From: Minisyncoccota bacterium | GTDB lineage: Bacteria; Patescibacteriota; Minisyncoccia; SW-4-49-11 | Length of the DNA: 64,000 nucleotides | Assembly (NCBI GenBank): GCA_023264145.1 | Contig: JALQTA010000001.1 | Span: 15,465-79,464, forward strand | Direction of reading: 5' to 3' | Shown here: one piece after another, positions 20,371-30,721 of the stretch | Numbering within the stretch: the stretch's first letter is position 1 | Layout of the letters: each line of letters starts with the position of its first letter | Position numbers and translations under genes: made by a program | Notes under the pieces: model-generated | What the model was told of the DNA's origin: nothing | Seen by the model: only the letters and a program-made list of their open reading frames with translations | Databases searched by the model: none

Positions 20371-20404
20371 TATAATAAAGTTATATTATTTTGTCTCCAT
20401 ATAT

Positions 20405-22309
20405 ATGGCATTAAAAGATATAGAAAAACAAATATATCAGAAGGAAGATCGCAATATCTTAGATAGAGAGCGTACACAGAACACGCCCTACAGTGTATAT
20501 GCAAAACATCAAGAAGTAACTGAGCCAGTATTTAAACCATTTGAAGAAGCTGAGCTTACATTCTTTCAGAAGCATAAGAAAAAAATAACATTATATACCT
20601 TAATTGGGTTAACTCTCTTTGTGATAATTGGGATTGTTGGCTTTTTCTATACATTGAATCAACAACGTTTCTCAGATAAACGAGTACGTATTGATATTAA
20701 GGGAGAATCTCAAGTTAGTGCAGGAGATGAAGTTACCTATACATTAACCTATCGTAATGATAATTTGGTCGCTTTACGAAATGCAGAGATTACGGTTACG
20801 GTTCCAGAAGCATTAAATGATCCTTCATTGAATTTATTAGGGCAAACACGCTCTGAAGTACGATCTTTTGAACTTCCAGAACTAGCTCCACGTTCACAAG
20901 GTGAAATTATTATCAAAGGTAGACTTATTGGAGAACAGGGGAGTATTCATACCCTCAGAGCAACATTAAGTTATGTTCCAACCATTGTCACAGCAAGTTT
21001 TGAAACAAAGGCAGAATTTGCAACTACCATAGCAGATAGTCCCGTTATTATTGATATTCAGGCTCCACTTGAAAGTGTAGGCGGAGATACAGTTGATTAT
21101 ATTGTAACAGTCAATAATAAAGGAGATAAAGATTTAACTAATTTAGAATTAAAGGTAGAGTATCCCGATACCTTTGCCTTTACCTCTGCTACTGCACCAG
21201 CAAGAGGAAATGAACAAAATATCTTTGATATTCCACAACTTAGAGCTAAGGGGAATTATAGTGTCACTATTAGTGGTAATTTAGGAGGAAATGTGCAAGA
21301 GGTAAAAATTATTAAGGCTCAAATTGGAGAAACAAGAGAAGGAGTATTTACATTATATGCTAATAGTCAAAACTCGACTCGACTCGGTAATCCATATGTC
21401 TCAGTAGTACAAACAGTAAACTCTCAGTCGGGAGTAGTATCAGCAGGAGATTTATTAGAATATTCCGTTACTATTCGTAACAATACTCAGGTAAGAATTG
21501 GGGAAGGAGCTCTAAAAGTGAAGTTAGATAGTAATTTATTAGATATTACGAAGTTAAGAGCTCAAGGAGCTGACTTTGATGCGGGAACAAATACCATTAT
21601 TTGGAGAGCGAATACCTTGCCACAATTAAGAGCTTTTGCTCCGAATGAAGAAGGAAGAGTAACATTTTCAATACCCGTAAAACAAACGATTCCTATTGAT
21701 GATTTTCAGGATATAAACTATGTAATTAAAACTCAAGCTACCTTTGAAAGTGCGGAAGTACCTACAGAGTTAGGAGTAAATCGTATTATTCAGGGGAATG
21801 CTAGTGAAGTAAAATTGGCAACAAAAATATTTCCAAAGTCATCTATTACGTATAGAAATACGGATAGTTCTATTGTGAATAGCGGTCCTATTCCTCTGAA
21901 AATTGCTCAAAAAACAACATTTACGGTTAATTGGGAAATACGCAACTTAAGTAATGATGTCTCTGGAGCTACATTTAAAGCTACATTACCTGCAAATGTT
22001 ACCTGGACAGGACAAAGTACTACGAATGGATTTGGAACCCTATCTTATAATGATAGAACCAAAGAAGTAGTATGGGATATTGGAAATATTCCTGCTAATA
22101 CGGGTATATTAAGACCATTATATAAAGCGGTATTCCAAATTGAAATTGTCCCAACGGCTAATCAATTAGGACAAGAGCCAAGTTTATTAAGTGCAATTAA
22201 ATATACCGGTAAAGATGTATTTACAGGAATTGATTTATCAGGTACAATAAATGCTTCATCGGGACGACAAGTGTCGGATATTTCCGGATCATTTAGTGTA
22301 GAGAATTAA
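20405..22309 (+). CDS. cell-surface protein with an N-terminal TM anchor and multiple DUF11-type repeats
   Basis: A repeated VSAGDxVxYTLTxxN...L..xL.V..P module appears at least four times. There is a single TM near residue 60. Confidence 0.45.
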   Translation: MALKDIEKQIYQKEDRNILDRERTQNTPYSVYAKHQEVTEPVFKPFEEAELTFFQKHKKKITLYTLIGLTLFVIIGIVGFFYTLNQQRFSDKRVRIDIKGESQVSAGDEVTYTLTYRNDNLVALRNAEITVTVPEALNDPSLNLLGQTRSEVRSFELPELAPRSQGEIIIKGRLIGEQGSIHTLRATLSYVPTIVTASFETKAEFATTIADSPVIIDIQAPLESVGGDTVDYIVTVNNKGDKDLTNLELKVEYPDTFAFTSATAPARGNEQNIFDIPQLRAKGNYSVTISGNLGGNVQEVKIIKAQIGETREGVFTLYANSQNSTRLGNPYVSVVQTVNSQSGVVSAGDLLEYSVTIRNNTQVRIGEGALKVKLDSNLLDITKLRAQGADFDAGTNTIIWRANTLPQLRAFAPNEEGRVTFSIPVKQTIPIDDFQDINYVIKTQATFESAEVPTELGVNRIIQGNASEVKLATKIFPKSSITYRNTDSSIVNSGPIPLKIAQKTTFTVNWEIRNLSNDVSGATFKATLPANVTWTGQSTTNGFGTLSYNDRTKEVVWDIGNIPANTGILRPLYKAVFQIEIVPTANQLGQEPSLLSAIKYTGKDVFTGIDLSGTINASSGRQVSDISGSFSVEN

Positions 22310-22315
22310 GAAGAT

Positions 22316-23485
22316 ATGTTTAATGTGACTGAGAAGATTCATTATCTTCGTCATGGGGTATTAGAAACGGTACATAAACAACTGAATACTCCCTTTTTCA
22401 TGCCTGTTGCGACTAAAGGGAGTATTCGTGGTATTGGAAATCAAGAAATATTGAATCAATTTCCTACTGGTATTATATTGATGAATACGTATCATTTATA
22501 TTTGAAGCCAGGATATGATTTAGTTCATAAAATGGGAGGACTTCATCAATTTACCAATTGGCCCTATGCTATTCTTACAGATAGTGGGGGCTTTCAGGTA
22601 TTTAGCCTTTCTAATATTAATAAAATTACCGAAGAAGGAGTGTATTTCCGGTCTCATTTAGATGGGAGTGAACATTTATTAAGTCCAGAGGAGTCTATAA
22701 AAACCCAATATTATTTAGGGAGTGATATTTTAATGGTATTAGATGAATGTCCGCCTGGAGGCTCTGATAGAGATTATATTCTTAATTCCTTAGAATTAAC
22801 TACACGCTGGGCTCAACGCTCTAAAGATGAGTTAGAAAGACTATTACGTACTGATCCTCGACCAGACGGAAAAAGACCTCTATTATTTGGTATTGTACAG
22901 GGAGGAATATATGAAGATTTACGTAAATTGAGTTTATCTCAATTAGAAGCAATCGGATTTGATGGATATGCTATTGGGGGAGTCTCAGTAGGAGAATCAC
23001 GAATAGATGTGTTAAAGGTAATTCGCTGGATAGCCCCGTTACTTCCTACTGATAAACCTCGATATTTAATGGGGCTGGGGAAACCAGAAGAAATAGCCTA
23101 TGCAGTCTCTTTTGGGGTTGATATGTTTGATTGTGTAATTCCAACACGAGAAGCAAGACATGGTACGATATATGTGTGGAAATCTCCCAATAAAGAAGAA
23201 GATGTTCATACCTATTTAAGAGAATTAATCAGTCTTGCTGCTGAAGATACTTTATTGCCGAAGCATACATTTTTCGATACTATTAAAATTCAAAATCTCA
23301 AATATCGTGAAGACATGAGTTCAATAGATCCATATGCTACCTGGGATGGAGCACAGGATTATACGAGAGCCTATATTCGTCATTTATATAATGTAAAAGA
23401 ACAATATGCTTTGGAATATTTAAGTCGCCATAATCTCCAATTTTATTTAGAGATGATGGAGTATATCCGATCATTTAAGGGATAA
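22316..23485 (+). CDS. tgt: queuine tRNA-ribosyltransferase
   Basis: LTDSGGFQVFSL signature, a Zn-site CVIPTR region and LMGLGKPEE. Confidence 0.8.
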   Translation: MFNVTEKIHYLRHGVLETVHKQLNTPFFMPVATKGSIRGIGNQEILNQFPTGIILMNTYHLYLKPGYDLVHKMGGLHQFTNWPYAILTDSGGFQVFSLSNINKITEEGVYFRSHLDGSEHLLSPEESIKTQYYLGSDILMVLDECPPGGSDRDYILNSLELTTRWAQRSKDELERLLRTDPRPDGKRPLLFGIVQGGIYEDLRKLSLSQLEAIGFDGYAIGGVSVGESRIDVLKVIRWIAPLLPTDKPRYLMGLGKPEEIAYAVSFGVDMFDCVIPTREARHGTIYVWKSPNKEEDVHTYLRELISLAAEDTLLPKHTFFDTIKIQNLKYREDMSSIDPYATWDGAQDYTRAYIRHLYNVKEQYALEYLSRHNLQFYLEMMEYIRSFKG

Positions 23486-23542
23486 TAGTATGCATTTATT
23501 CAAAAATATAGTATGATAGTACAAAAGACTAAAAAATAATAT

Positions 23543-24220
23543 ATGTCATATTTGGTATTTGATATTGAAACAATAGGAGATAGTTGGGATTCTCTTGATC
23601 CAGAAACACAAACATATTTATTAAAATATGCACAAACAGAAGAAGAGCAAGAAGTGGTAAAAACTACATTAGGATTATATCCTTTAACAGGGCAAATTGT
23701 AGCTATTGGATTATATGATCCAGATAAGGATATCAAAAGTGTGTATTTGCAGGCTCCACAAGGAGATTTAGAGAGTCGTTATGAAAAGGATGGAGTTCAT
23801 TACCTTGTTGGGACAGAGGCCGAAATATTAGAAATGTTCTGGGTAACCATTCGTAAATATACAACATTTATCACCTTTAATGGGCGATCTTTTGATTGTC
23901 CGTATATTTTAATGCGATCAGCGGTGCACCGTATTAAACCTACAAAAAATTTGATACCATATCGATATTCTGATAAAGAACATATTGATTTATTTGATCA
24001 ATTAACATTTTATAGTACTACCAAGCGATTTAATTTAGATTATTTTTGTAAACGCTTTGGTATTATAAGTCCTAAAAGTGCTGGGGTTACTGGGCTTGAT
24101 GTACCTCAAATGTTTATGGATGGAAAGTATCATGATATTGCTGAATATTGTATGAGAGATGTAGTTGCGACAGGTGATTTATTTAGGATTTGGAAAGATT
24201 ATATCAAATCTCCAACATGA
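23543..24220 (+). CDS. predicted 3'-5' exonuclease (PolB-exonuclease-like / RNase H-like fold)
   Basis: N-terminal FDIETIGD and C-terminal YCMRDVVATGDLF motifs. Confidence 0.45.
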   Translation: MSYLVFDIETIGDSWDSLDPETQTYLLKYAQTEEEQEVVKTTLGLYPLTGQIVAIGLYDPDKDIKSVYLQAPQGDLESRYEKDGVHYLVGTEAEILEMFWVTIRKYTTFITFNGRSFDCPYILMRSAVHRIKPTKNLIPYRYSDKEHIDLFDQLTFYSTTKRFNLDYFCKRFGIISPKSAGVTGLDVPQMFMDGKYHDIAEYCMRDVVATGDLFRIWKDYIKSPT

Positions 24221-25068
24221 TTAAACCTAAGGTATCTATTGTTATATTAGCCTGGAATAATGTTACTGATATTAAAAAATGTATTGAATCTATTCAGGCT
24301 TATTATAAAGAATATCATCAGTTAATTATTGTAGACAATGGTTCAACTGATGGAACAGCGGAATATTTATCTAATTTAAAAGATAATTGGGATTATGATT
24401 ATGCTGATTTAAGTATTATTACCAACTCAGACAATATTGGCTATGCTGCAGGTAATAATAGGGCTTTAGCAAGTATTAAGGGTGCATATACCTTATGGCT
24501 TAATCAAGATATTGTGATTACTCAAAAGAGTATTGAACTATTGACTCAATGTCTTGATGAGAACCCTCAATATGCTATGGTAGCACCTCAATTACGCTAT
24601 CCAGATGGACGTATTCAGGCTAGCTGCCGGGCACTCCCAACTGTATCACATATGCTCCAGTCAATACGAAAAGGTCAATGGAATGATGATTTTGATTATA
24701 CAAAAAGTCAAATATGCGAGCAACCTATGGCCTCGGCAATTATGATACGAAGTGAAATTATGCAAGAAATAAAAGGGTTTGATGACCATCCAGATTATTG
24801 GCTCTTTTTTAATGATGTAGATTTATCTAAAACCTTACAGGTGAATAACTATACCACCTATTATGTGGCAGAATCTCTTATGTATCATGACCATGGAGGG
24901 AGTACAAGAAAATTGCTGAATATAAAGAAGCGATTATACTGGCAAAAAGGATTTAATCGGTATTTTATAAAATGGCATTATCCTCATGGATATAAGAAAT
25001 ATTCTTTTTATATCATATCGGGGCTCATATTTAGTTTATTAGTAGTAAGAGATTTAGTTCGTAAATAG
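24217..25068 (+). CDS. family 2 glycosyltransferase
   Basis: VSIVILAWNN...IIVDNGSTDGT GT2 N-terminal core. The start is moved to MIKPKVS to avoid overlap with the upstream gene. Confidence 0.6.
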   Translation: MIKPKVSIVILAWNNVTDIKKCIESIQAYYKEYHQLIIVDNGSTDGTAEYLSNLKDNWDYDYADLSIITNSDNIGYAAGNNRALASIKGAYTLWLNQDIVITQKSIELLTQCLDENPQYAMVAPQLRYPDGRIQASCRALPTVSHMLQSIRKGQWNDDFDYTKSQICEQPMASAIMIRSEIMQEIKGFDDHPDYWLFFNDVDLSKTLQVNNYTTYYVAESLMYHDHGGSTRKLLNIKKRLYWQKGFNRYFIKWHYPHGYKKYSFYIISGLIFSLLVVRDLVRK

Positions 25069-25122
25069 GGTATCCTATTTGAATATGATATACTTAGATA
25101 TAAGGAACAGAAGTACGATATT

Positions 25123-26553
25123 ATGATTAAAACGAGAATTGCTCCATCACCAACAGGAAATCTCCATATTGGGACCGCAAGGACAGCATTATTTAATTAT
25201 TTATATGCTAAAAATCAACAAGGTATCTTTGTTATTCGGATAGAAGATACAGATACTGTTCGATCTACTCAAGAATCAGAGAGAGATATTATTGAAGGAC
25301 TAGAGTGGTTGGGTCTTATTCCTGATGAAGGAGTTTCAACATCAGGCGAGTTAGGGAATTTAGGACCTTATCGGCAAAGTCAACGAACCTCTTTCTATCA
25401 ACCATATTTGGAGCAATTAATAGAAAGTGGAGATGCATACTGGTGTAATTTAACAGAATTAGAACTAGAAACTTTAAAACAAGAAGCAATAGATAAGCAG
25501 GAACAGTTTGTATTACGATCTCCCTATCGGGATCAAAAAATAATACCCAATGAGAATTCGGTTATTCGTTTTAAAGTTCCAGATACAACGATCTTTTTTG
25601 AAGATAAAATTAAAGGAAGAATTGAATTTGATACATCGCTGTTAGGAGACTTTGTTATTGCCAAAAATCTTACTTATCCTCTATATAATTTTGTTGTGGT
25701 TATTGATGATGAGTTAATGCAGATTTCTCATATTATTCGAGGAGATGATCATATTGCAAATACCCCAAAGCAAATATTAATCAATCAAGCATTAGGATTT
25801 AGTCGTAAGCAATTTGCTCATTTACCCTTAATTCTTGCTCCTGATAAGTCTAAAATGTCTAAACGGTTTGGAGCCACTTCTATCAAAGAGTATAAAGACC
25901 AAGGATATTTACCAGAAGCATTGATTAATTTCTTGTGTTTATTGGGGTGGAATGAAGGAAATGATAGAGAGTACTACAGTTTGGGTGAAATGATCGAGAA
26001 GTTTAGTTTGAAGCGAGTACAAAAAAGTGGTGCAATTTTTAATATTCAAAAATTAGACTCTATTAACGCGCATTATATTAAGAATTTAAGCCATTCTCGT
26101 CAAATAGAATTGGGGACAGAATATTTAGTCAAAAATGGATTTGATCTTAGTAGATGGACACAAGAACAGCTAATTAAGATTATTAATGTTGAAATACAAC
26201 GTATTAAAAAATTTGCAGATATAGGAATAGAGCTCTCCTTTTTATGGGAATATCCGTCATATGATGTCACAATATTGGCTTATAAAAACATGAATAAAGA
26301 TGATATTAAGGCGAGTCTTGAGTGGAGCTTGAGATTGTTGTATACTATAGAAACAGTGGAAACAGATACCATAGAGTCTATCATCAAACAATCAATTCAA
26401 GAAGATAATAAACAAATGGGAGAAATATTATGGCCATTGAGAGTGGCATTATCAGGAAAAGAGAAATCTCCCTCTCCCTTTGAAATCATATCAATTTTAG
26501 GAAAAGAGCAATCAATTGATAGAATACAAAAAGCTCTAAATATACTTATATAA
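25123..26553 (+). CDS. gltX: glutamyl-tRNA synthetase
   Basis: RIAPSPTGNLHIGTARTALFNYL HIGH region and KMSKR motif. Confidence 0.85.
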   Translation: MIKTRIAPSPTGNLHIGTARTALFNYLYAKNQQGIFVIRIEDTDTVRSTQESERDIIEGLEWLGLIPDEGVSTSGELGNLGPYRQSQRTSFYQPYLEQLIESGDAYWCNLTELELETLKQEAIDKQEQFVLRSPYRDQKIIPNENSVIRFKVPDTTIFFEDKIKGRIEFDTSLLGDFVIAKNLTYPLYNFVVVIDDELMQISHIIRGDDHIANTPKQILINQALGFSRKQFAHLPLILAPDKSKMSKRFGATSIKEYKDQGYLPEALINFLCLLGWNEGNDREYYSLGEMIEKFSLKRVQKSGAIFNIQKLDSINAHYIKNLSHSRQIELGTEYLVKNGFDLSRWTQEQLIKIINVEIQRIKKFADIGIELSFLWEYPSYDVTILAYKNMNKDDIKASLEWSLRLLYTIETVETDTIESIIKQSIQEDNKQMGEILWPLRVALSGKEKSPSPFEIISILGKEQSIDRIQKALNILI

Positions 26554-26589
26554 AACCTATTAGGTAATCACAGAACAAATATAGATACT

Positions 26590-27837
26590 ATGAAACGAAA
26601 ATATCCTTATATACTCTCTTTTCTCATCATACTTACCTTAGTAGGTATGCCAAAGTCTATATGGGCCAATACTCAGGCAAATATTAATGCAAAAAATGCT
26701 CAAATACAACAATTAGAGCGTCAGATTCAATCAATTCAGAATACTAAAAATCAAACAACACAGCAAAAATCAGCTAAAGAAGCAGAGGTTACCAATTTAC
26801 GAAATCAAGTAAATCAACTGAATAAAGATATATCAACGCTACAAAATCAACTGAATCAAGTAGGCCAGCAAATTACAGAAACAGAAAATAATATTCAGTC
26901 TACGACACAAAGTATTCAAGAGTTGGAGCAGAAAATTGATGAAAATAAAGCTACACTTCAGGGGCTCGTAGAAAATCTATATAAACAGTCTCATGTAAAA
27001 AATGAAATTGTGGCGGTAGTAAGTGCAGATAATTTATCTGAAGTATTCAATGCAGTAAAATATTCAGATACCATACAAAATCGTATTCAAGTCCTATTGA
27101 CTGAAGTAATGGATAAAAAAGCAGCCTTAGATGTGGAAAATCAGAATTTATCCAATCAAAAAGCAACGCTTGCCTCAACTCAGGGAACATTAGAAGATAG
27201 AAAAGAATCTATTGAAAGCAGTAAAAATCAAGTACAAAGTCAAGCTCAAGCTTCGGCTGTCGCGGTGAATCAATTAAATGCTAGTTTAAACAACCTTAAT
27301 TCTCGACAACAGGAATTAGAAAGACAGCGTCGAGCAACAGCGGTAGAGTTAGCTAACTTAGAGGCAAGTTTATCTCGACAATTTGGAGGAGAAGGTCGAG
27401 TATGTTCCGCCAGAGGATATGCCTGGCCCGTGCAAGGAGGAAGAATTACGCAAGGATTTGGAATGACTCCATTTGCCCGTACTGGAGCTTATGGAGGAGC
27501 GGGACATAATGGAATTGATATTGGAGCCCCAACGGGAACTCCGGTATTTGCTACAGCATCAGGAACCGTAGTAAGTGTAGGGTTTAATAATAACTCATAT
27601 GGAAAATGGATTGTAATACGGCATGATGATGGATACTTTTCTCTCTATGGCCATTTATCAGCACAAAGTGTTTCTAATGGACAAAGTGTAACAAGAGGGC
27701 AGCGTATCGGGTCTATTGGAGCTACGGGATTTGCCACAGGCCCACATCTTCACTTCACGATTTATTTACCAAACTCATTACGTATAGGCTCTAGTCCACA
27801 AGGGGCTCCGGTAAATCCTTCAACTTGTGGATATTAA
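26590..27837 (+). CDS. M23-family peptidase with a long N-terminal coiled coil (EnvC-like)
   Basis: Signal peptide, about 250 aa of Q/N-rich heptad-like coiled coil, and a C-terminal M23 domain (HNGIDIGAPTGTPV, GHLS, HLHF). Confidence 0.7.
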   Translation: MKRKYPYILSFLIILTLVGMPKSIWANTQANINAKNAQIQQLERQIQSIQNTKNQTTQQKSAKEAEVTNLRNQVNQLNKDISTLQNQLNQVGQQITETENNIQSTTQSIQELEQKIDENKATLQGLVENLYKQSHVKNEIVAVVSADNLSEVFNAVKYSDTIQNRIQVLLTEVMDKKAALDVENQNLSNQKATLASTQGTLEDRKESIESSKNQVQSQAQASAVAVNQLNASLNNLNSRQQELERQRRATAVELANLEASLSRQFGGEGRVCSARGYAWPVQGGRITQGFGMTPFARTGAYGGAGHNGIDIGAPTGTPVFATASGTVVSVGFNNNSYGKWIVIRHDDGYFSLYGHLSAQSVSNGQSVTRGQRIGSIGATGFATGPHLHFTIYLPNSLRIGSSPQGAPVNPSTCGY

Positions 27838-27844
27838 TTAATAT

Positions 27845-28300
27845 ATGAGAAAAAAAATTAGCTATAAATCAAAACCAAACAATAATAATAGGGGAAAGCG
27901 TATTCTTCAAGGATTTGTTATCATTATTCTATTAGGATTTATTGGCTTAATTGGAAGGGGATTATGGACTACCTTTGAAAGAAAATATGCAATTGAAAAA
28001 GAAAAACAAGAATTAATGCAAAAAGTATCTCGTATTCAGCAAGATATTGTTTCATTAGAACAAGTGAAAGAATATATTAGTTCATCAGCCTATCAAGAAA
28101 GAGAAGCAAAGCAAAAATTAGATTTAAAGAAGCCAGGAGAAGAAGTTGTAATGATAACCCCAGGCTCTATTGTTGCTAATCTAAGTAATGAAGAACTTGT
28201 CTCAATCCTCAGAGATCCGCAAGCTGAAAAGCGAATTCCAGCACAAACAAATCCAGAACGCTGGTGGGCATTCTTCTTTGATAAGGAAAGATTATTATAA
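27845..28300 (+). CDS. FtsB/DivIC-like septum formation initiator
   Basis: Short basic N-terminus, a single TM, then a coiled coil; it follows the M23 peptidase gene. Confidence 0.4.
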   Translation: MRKKISYKSKPNNNNRGKRILQGFVIIILLGFIGLIGRGLWTTFERKYAIEKEKQELMQKVSRIQQDIVSLEQVKEYISSSAYQEREAKQKLDLKKPGEEVVMITPGSIVANLSNEELVSILRDPQAEKRIPAQTNPERWWAFFFDKERLL

Positions 28301-28306
28301 TAGATG

Positions 28307-28378
28307 TTGTCCGACCAGGACTCGAACCTAGATTAACAGGACCAAAACCTGTCGTCCTACCAATTAGACGATCGGACA
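28307..28378 (-). tRNA. tRNA-Gln (anticodon TTG)
   Basis: The cloverleaf was folded by hand from the reverse complement TGTCCGA-TC-GTCT...GGAC-G-ACAGG-TTTTGGT-CCTGT-TAAT-CTAGG-TTCGAGT-CCTGG-TCGGACA-A. It shows the U1:A72 pair typical of bacterial tRNA-Gln, and CCA is not encoded. Confidence 0.7.
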
Positions 28379-28552
28379 TCTGAGAATAAGTATATCAAAT
28401 TCAAAAAGATAAATCAATTGTTTGGACTAAGTAAGGAAAAAAGGAGCAATAATATACGATAATAATCCAAATAATATAATTATAAAGACTACAAATCCAA
28501 TGCTTTTTTTGACTAATCGTTTAATCTGGGAAGGTTTTATCATAGGGGTAGG

Positions 28553-28581
28553 TTGAATATTTTCTTACTATAGTGTATAAT
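28553..28581 (+). promoter_or_regulatory. sigma70-type promoter TTGAAT-17-TATAAT upstream of rplY
   Basis: TTGAAT at 28553..28558, a 17-nt spacer and TATAAT at 28576..28581, about 40 nt before the rplY start. Confidence 0.45.
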
Positions 28582-28619
28582 ACATCTATAAGGATAATAA
28601 TGTCAAGATAGATTTATAT

Positions 28620-29285
28620 ATGAAAAAAGAAGTAGTATCATTGCAGGTAGAAGCTCGGGAACAAGCAGGAAGTAAACAAAGTATATTATTAAGAAAATCA
28701 GGATTTGTACCTGGTGTTCTATATGGAAGTGGACTAGGGAAAGATAAGCCTGCTTTGATTAAAGTAAATGCGTTGGAGTTAAATAAAGTACTCGCTGAGG
28801 TAGAAGAATCAACCCTGATAAACATTATCATCGGGAAAAAATCATATCCAAGTCTTGTGAAAGATATTCACAGAAATTCTCTCAAATCAGAAATCTTATC
28901 CATTGATTTCTTCGCTCCTGATTTAAATGAAGAAGTTGAAGCTCCTGTGGTATTGGAGTTTGAAGGAGTATCTCCATCAGAAAAAGAAGGAAATACCCTT
29001 ATTAAAGCCTATCAGGAAGTAGAAGTAAGTGCTTTTCCACGAGATTTACCAGAACATTTGGTAGTAGATTTATCTACTCTTGTGACGGTAGATGATGTAA
29101 TTCGAGTAAGTGATATTGTGCTACCAAAGGGAGTAACTATTCTCTTGGATCCTGAGGAAATTATTGCAATGACAGAAGAGCCTCAAACTGAGGAAGAACC
29201 AGAACTCAGCAAAGAAGAGCTAGATGCTCTAGAAAAAGCTCAAGCAGAGAGTAACTCAAAATCTAAAGATACTGAAACTGAATAA
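28620..29285 (+). CDS. rplY: 50S ribosomal protein L25 / general stress protein Ctc, with acidic C-terminal tail
   Basis: N-terminal L25 domain (EAREQAGSKQSILLRKSGFVPGVLYG) plus a C-terminal beta-domain and a Glu-rich tail. Confidence 0.75.
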   Translation: MKKEVVSLQVEAREQAGSKQSILLRKSGFVPGVLYGSGLGKDKPALIKVNALELNKVLAEVEESTLINIIIGKKSYPSLVKDIHRNSLKSEILSIDFFAPDLNEEVEAPVVLEFEGVSPSEKEGNTLIKAYQEVEVSAFPRDLPEHLVVDLSTLVTVDDVIRVSDIVLPKGVTILLDPEEIIAMTEEPQTEEEPELSKEELDALEKAQAESNSKSKDTETE

Positions 29286-29292
29286 TCATATC

Positions 29293-30660
29293 ATGGTCCC
29301 AAAAAACAAAAAAACAGCGATAAAAACCATTCTCCTCAAATCAACTATACTTTCTCTTATAGCAGTGTTTGCATTACTCTATCCATTATATTCGGTATAT
29401 GCAAATACAAAATTAGAAGAAGTCAAAACTAATCTTCAATCTGAGCTCACGAAAATTCAGGATTTAACTGATTCAAAAAAAGAAACTGATGTACAAGTAA
29501 GAACCCTAACCAAAGAATTAGAATCTCTTGACTCAGAAATTAGCTCATCTCAGCGTAATCTTGACCTTACCAATAAAGATATAGAGGGAATTCAGTTGGA
29601 ATTGGCTGATACGCGAGCCTATATCTCTACTCTTGAGCAGACAATCGCAGCTCAAAAGAAACTCATTAAAGAATATATTAGCACTCTTTATACGCAAAAA
29701 GATGTTTCTTTATTTGAGGTTATGTTATCACAAGATCAATTATCTGATTTGGTAGGATCCGTACAAAAAACTGGAGTAATGCAAGACTCCATTGGAGAAT
29801 CTATTACTTTGGTAGAAGCAAAAGAAAAAGAAATTGTAGCAGAAAAGAAGCATCTCTTTGATAAAGAAGAAGAATTACTCGCCCTAAAACAAGCTCAAGA
29901 ACAGCAAAAGAGTTTATTAGAGCAAACTCAATCTGATAAAGAAACCTTACTCGCTCAAACTAGAGGAGAACAATCAGAATTTGAAGCATTATTAAAACAA
30001 TCATTTGCAACTAAGCAAAATTTGCTGAATAGTGTGCGTCTCTTAGGAGGATCAGATGGAAGACCAGGAGCTATTTCATTAGAGGAAGCCTATGCAATTG
30101 CAGTAAGAAATGCAGCACGATTTGGCAATAAAATACGACCTGAATATATGGTGGGTATTCTGAAAGTGGAGTCTGGACTTGGGGCCAATGTAGGAAGATC
30201 ATTTTATAAAGACTCTCTCAGTGGTTGTGCTGCACGGCCAGGAAATAACACAAGAATTAAATATCAAAAAGAAGAAGAAACATTTGAGCGAATCGTTCGT
30301 GATTTAGGATTACCATTAACGCAACCGGTATCAGGATGCCCATTCCCTAATTATCCTAGTGGTACAGGTGGAGCTATGGGACCTGCTCAATTTATGCCTA
30401 CTACCTGGGCAGGATATGAGCCTCGATTAAGGCAATTAAAAGGAGGTCCGGTAAGTCCATGGAATATTGAAGATGCTATGTTAGCAATGGGATTAAAGCT
30501 CTTAAGTGCTGTCGGAGAGCAGTCTATGGCGGGAAATGAATCGTTAGAACGACGAGCAGCATTATGTTATTTAGGTGCAGGATGTTCTGCTAAAAATATG
30601 TGGTATGCCGATAGAGTTTTAAATGAAGCGGCAAGAGCAAAAGCATTATTGGGAAAATAA
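29293..30660 (+). CDS. secreted coiled-coil protein with a C-terminal lytic-transglycosylase-like (SLT-like) domain
   Basis: N-terminal TM/signal, about 250 aa of coiled coil, then a C-terminal ILKVESGLG block reminiscent of SLT catalytic-Glu regions. Low certainty. Confidence 0.3.
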   Translation: MVPKNKKTAIKTILLKSTILSLIAVFALLYPLYSVYANTKLEEVKTNLQSELTKIQDLTDSKKETDVQVRTLTKELESLDSEISSSQRNLDLTNKDIEGIQLELADTRAYISTLEQTIAAQKKLIKEYISTLYTQKDVSLFEVMLSQDQLSDLVGSVQKTGVMQDSIGESITLVEAKEKEIVAEKKHLFDKEEELLALKQAQEQQKSLLEQTQSDKETLLAQTRGEQSEFEALLKQSFATKQNLLNSVRLLGGSDGRPGAISLEEAYAIAVRNAARFGNKIRPEYMVGILKVESGLGANVGRSFYKDSLSGCAARPGNNTRIKYQKEEETFERIVRDLGLPLTQPVSGCPFPNYPSGTGGAMGPAQFMPTTWAGYEPRLRQLKGGPVSPWNIEDAMLAMGLKLLSAVGEQSMAGNESLERRAALCYLGAGCSAKNMWYADRVLNEAARAKALLGK

Positions 30661-30665
30661 AAAAA

Positions 30666-30696
30666 CTTTCCCTACTCTAAACAGAAATAGGGAAAG
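30666..30696 (-). terminator. hairpin CTTTCCCTA-13nt-TAGGGAAAG preceded by AAAAA (a T-run on the minus strand)
   Basis: 9-bp perfect stem read from the sequence. It is positioned 3' of the minus-strand gene ending at 30722. Confidence 0.4.
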
Positions 30697-30721
30697 TGAT
30701 TCATTTGTATATCTATTGTAT

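Noticed and set aside
28379-28619. 240-bp AT-rich spacer between tRNA-Gln and rplY, considered as a possible ncRNA or second tRNA
   Set aside because: No cloverleaf and no conserved ncRNA motifs are recognisable. It contains the rplY promoter, and the remainder looks like plain AT-rich spacer.
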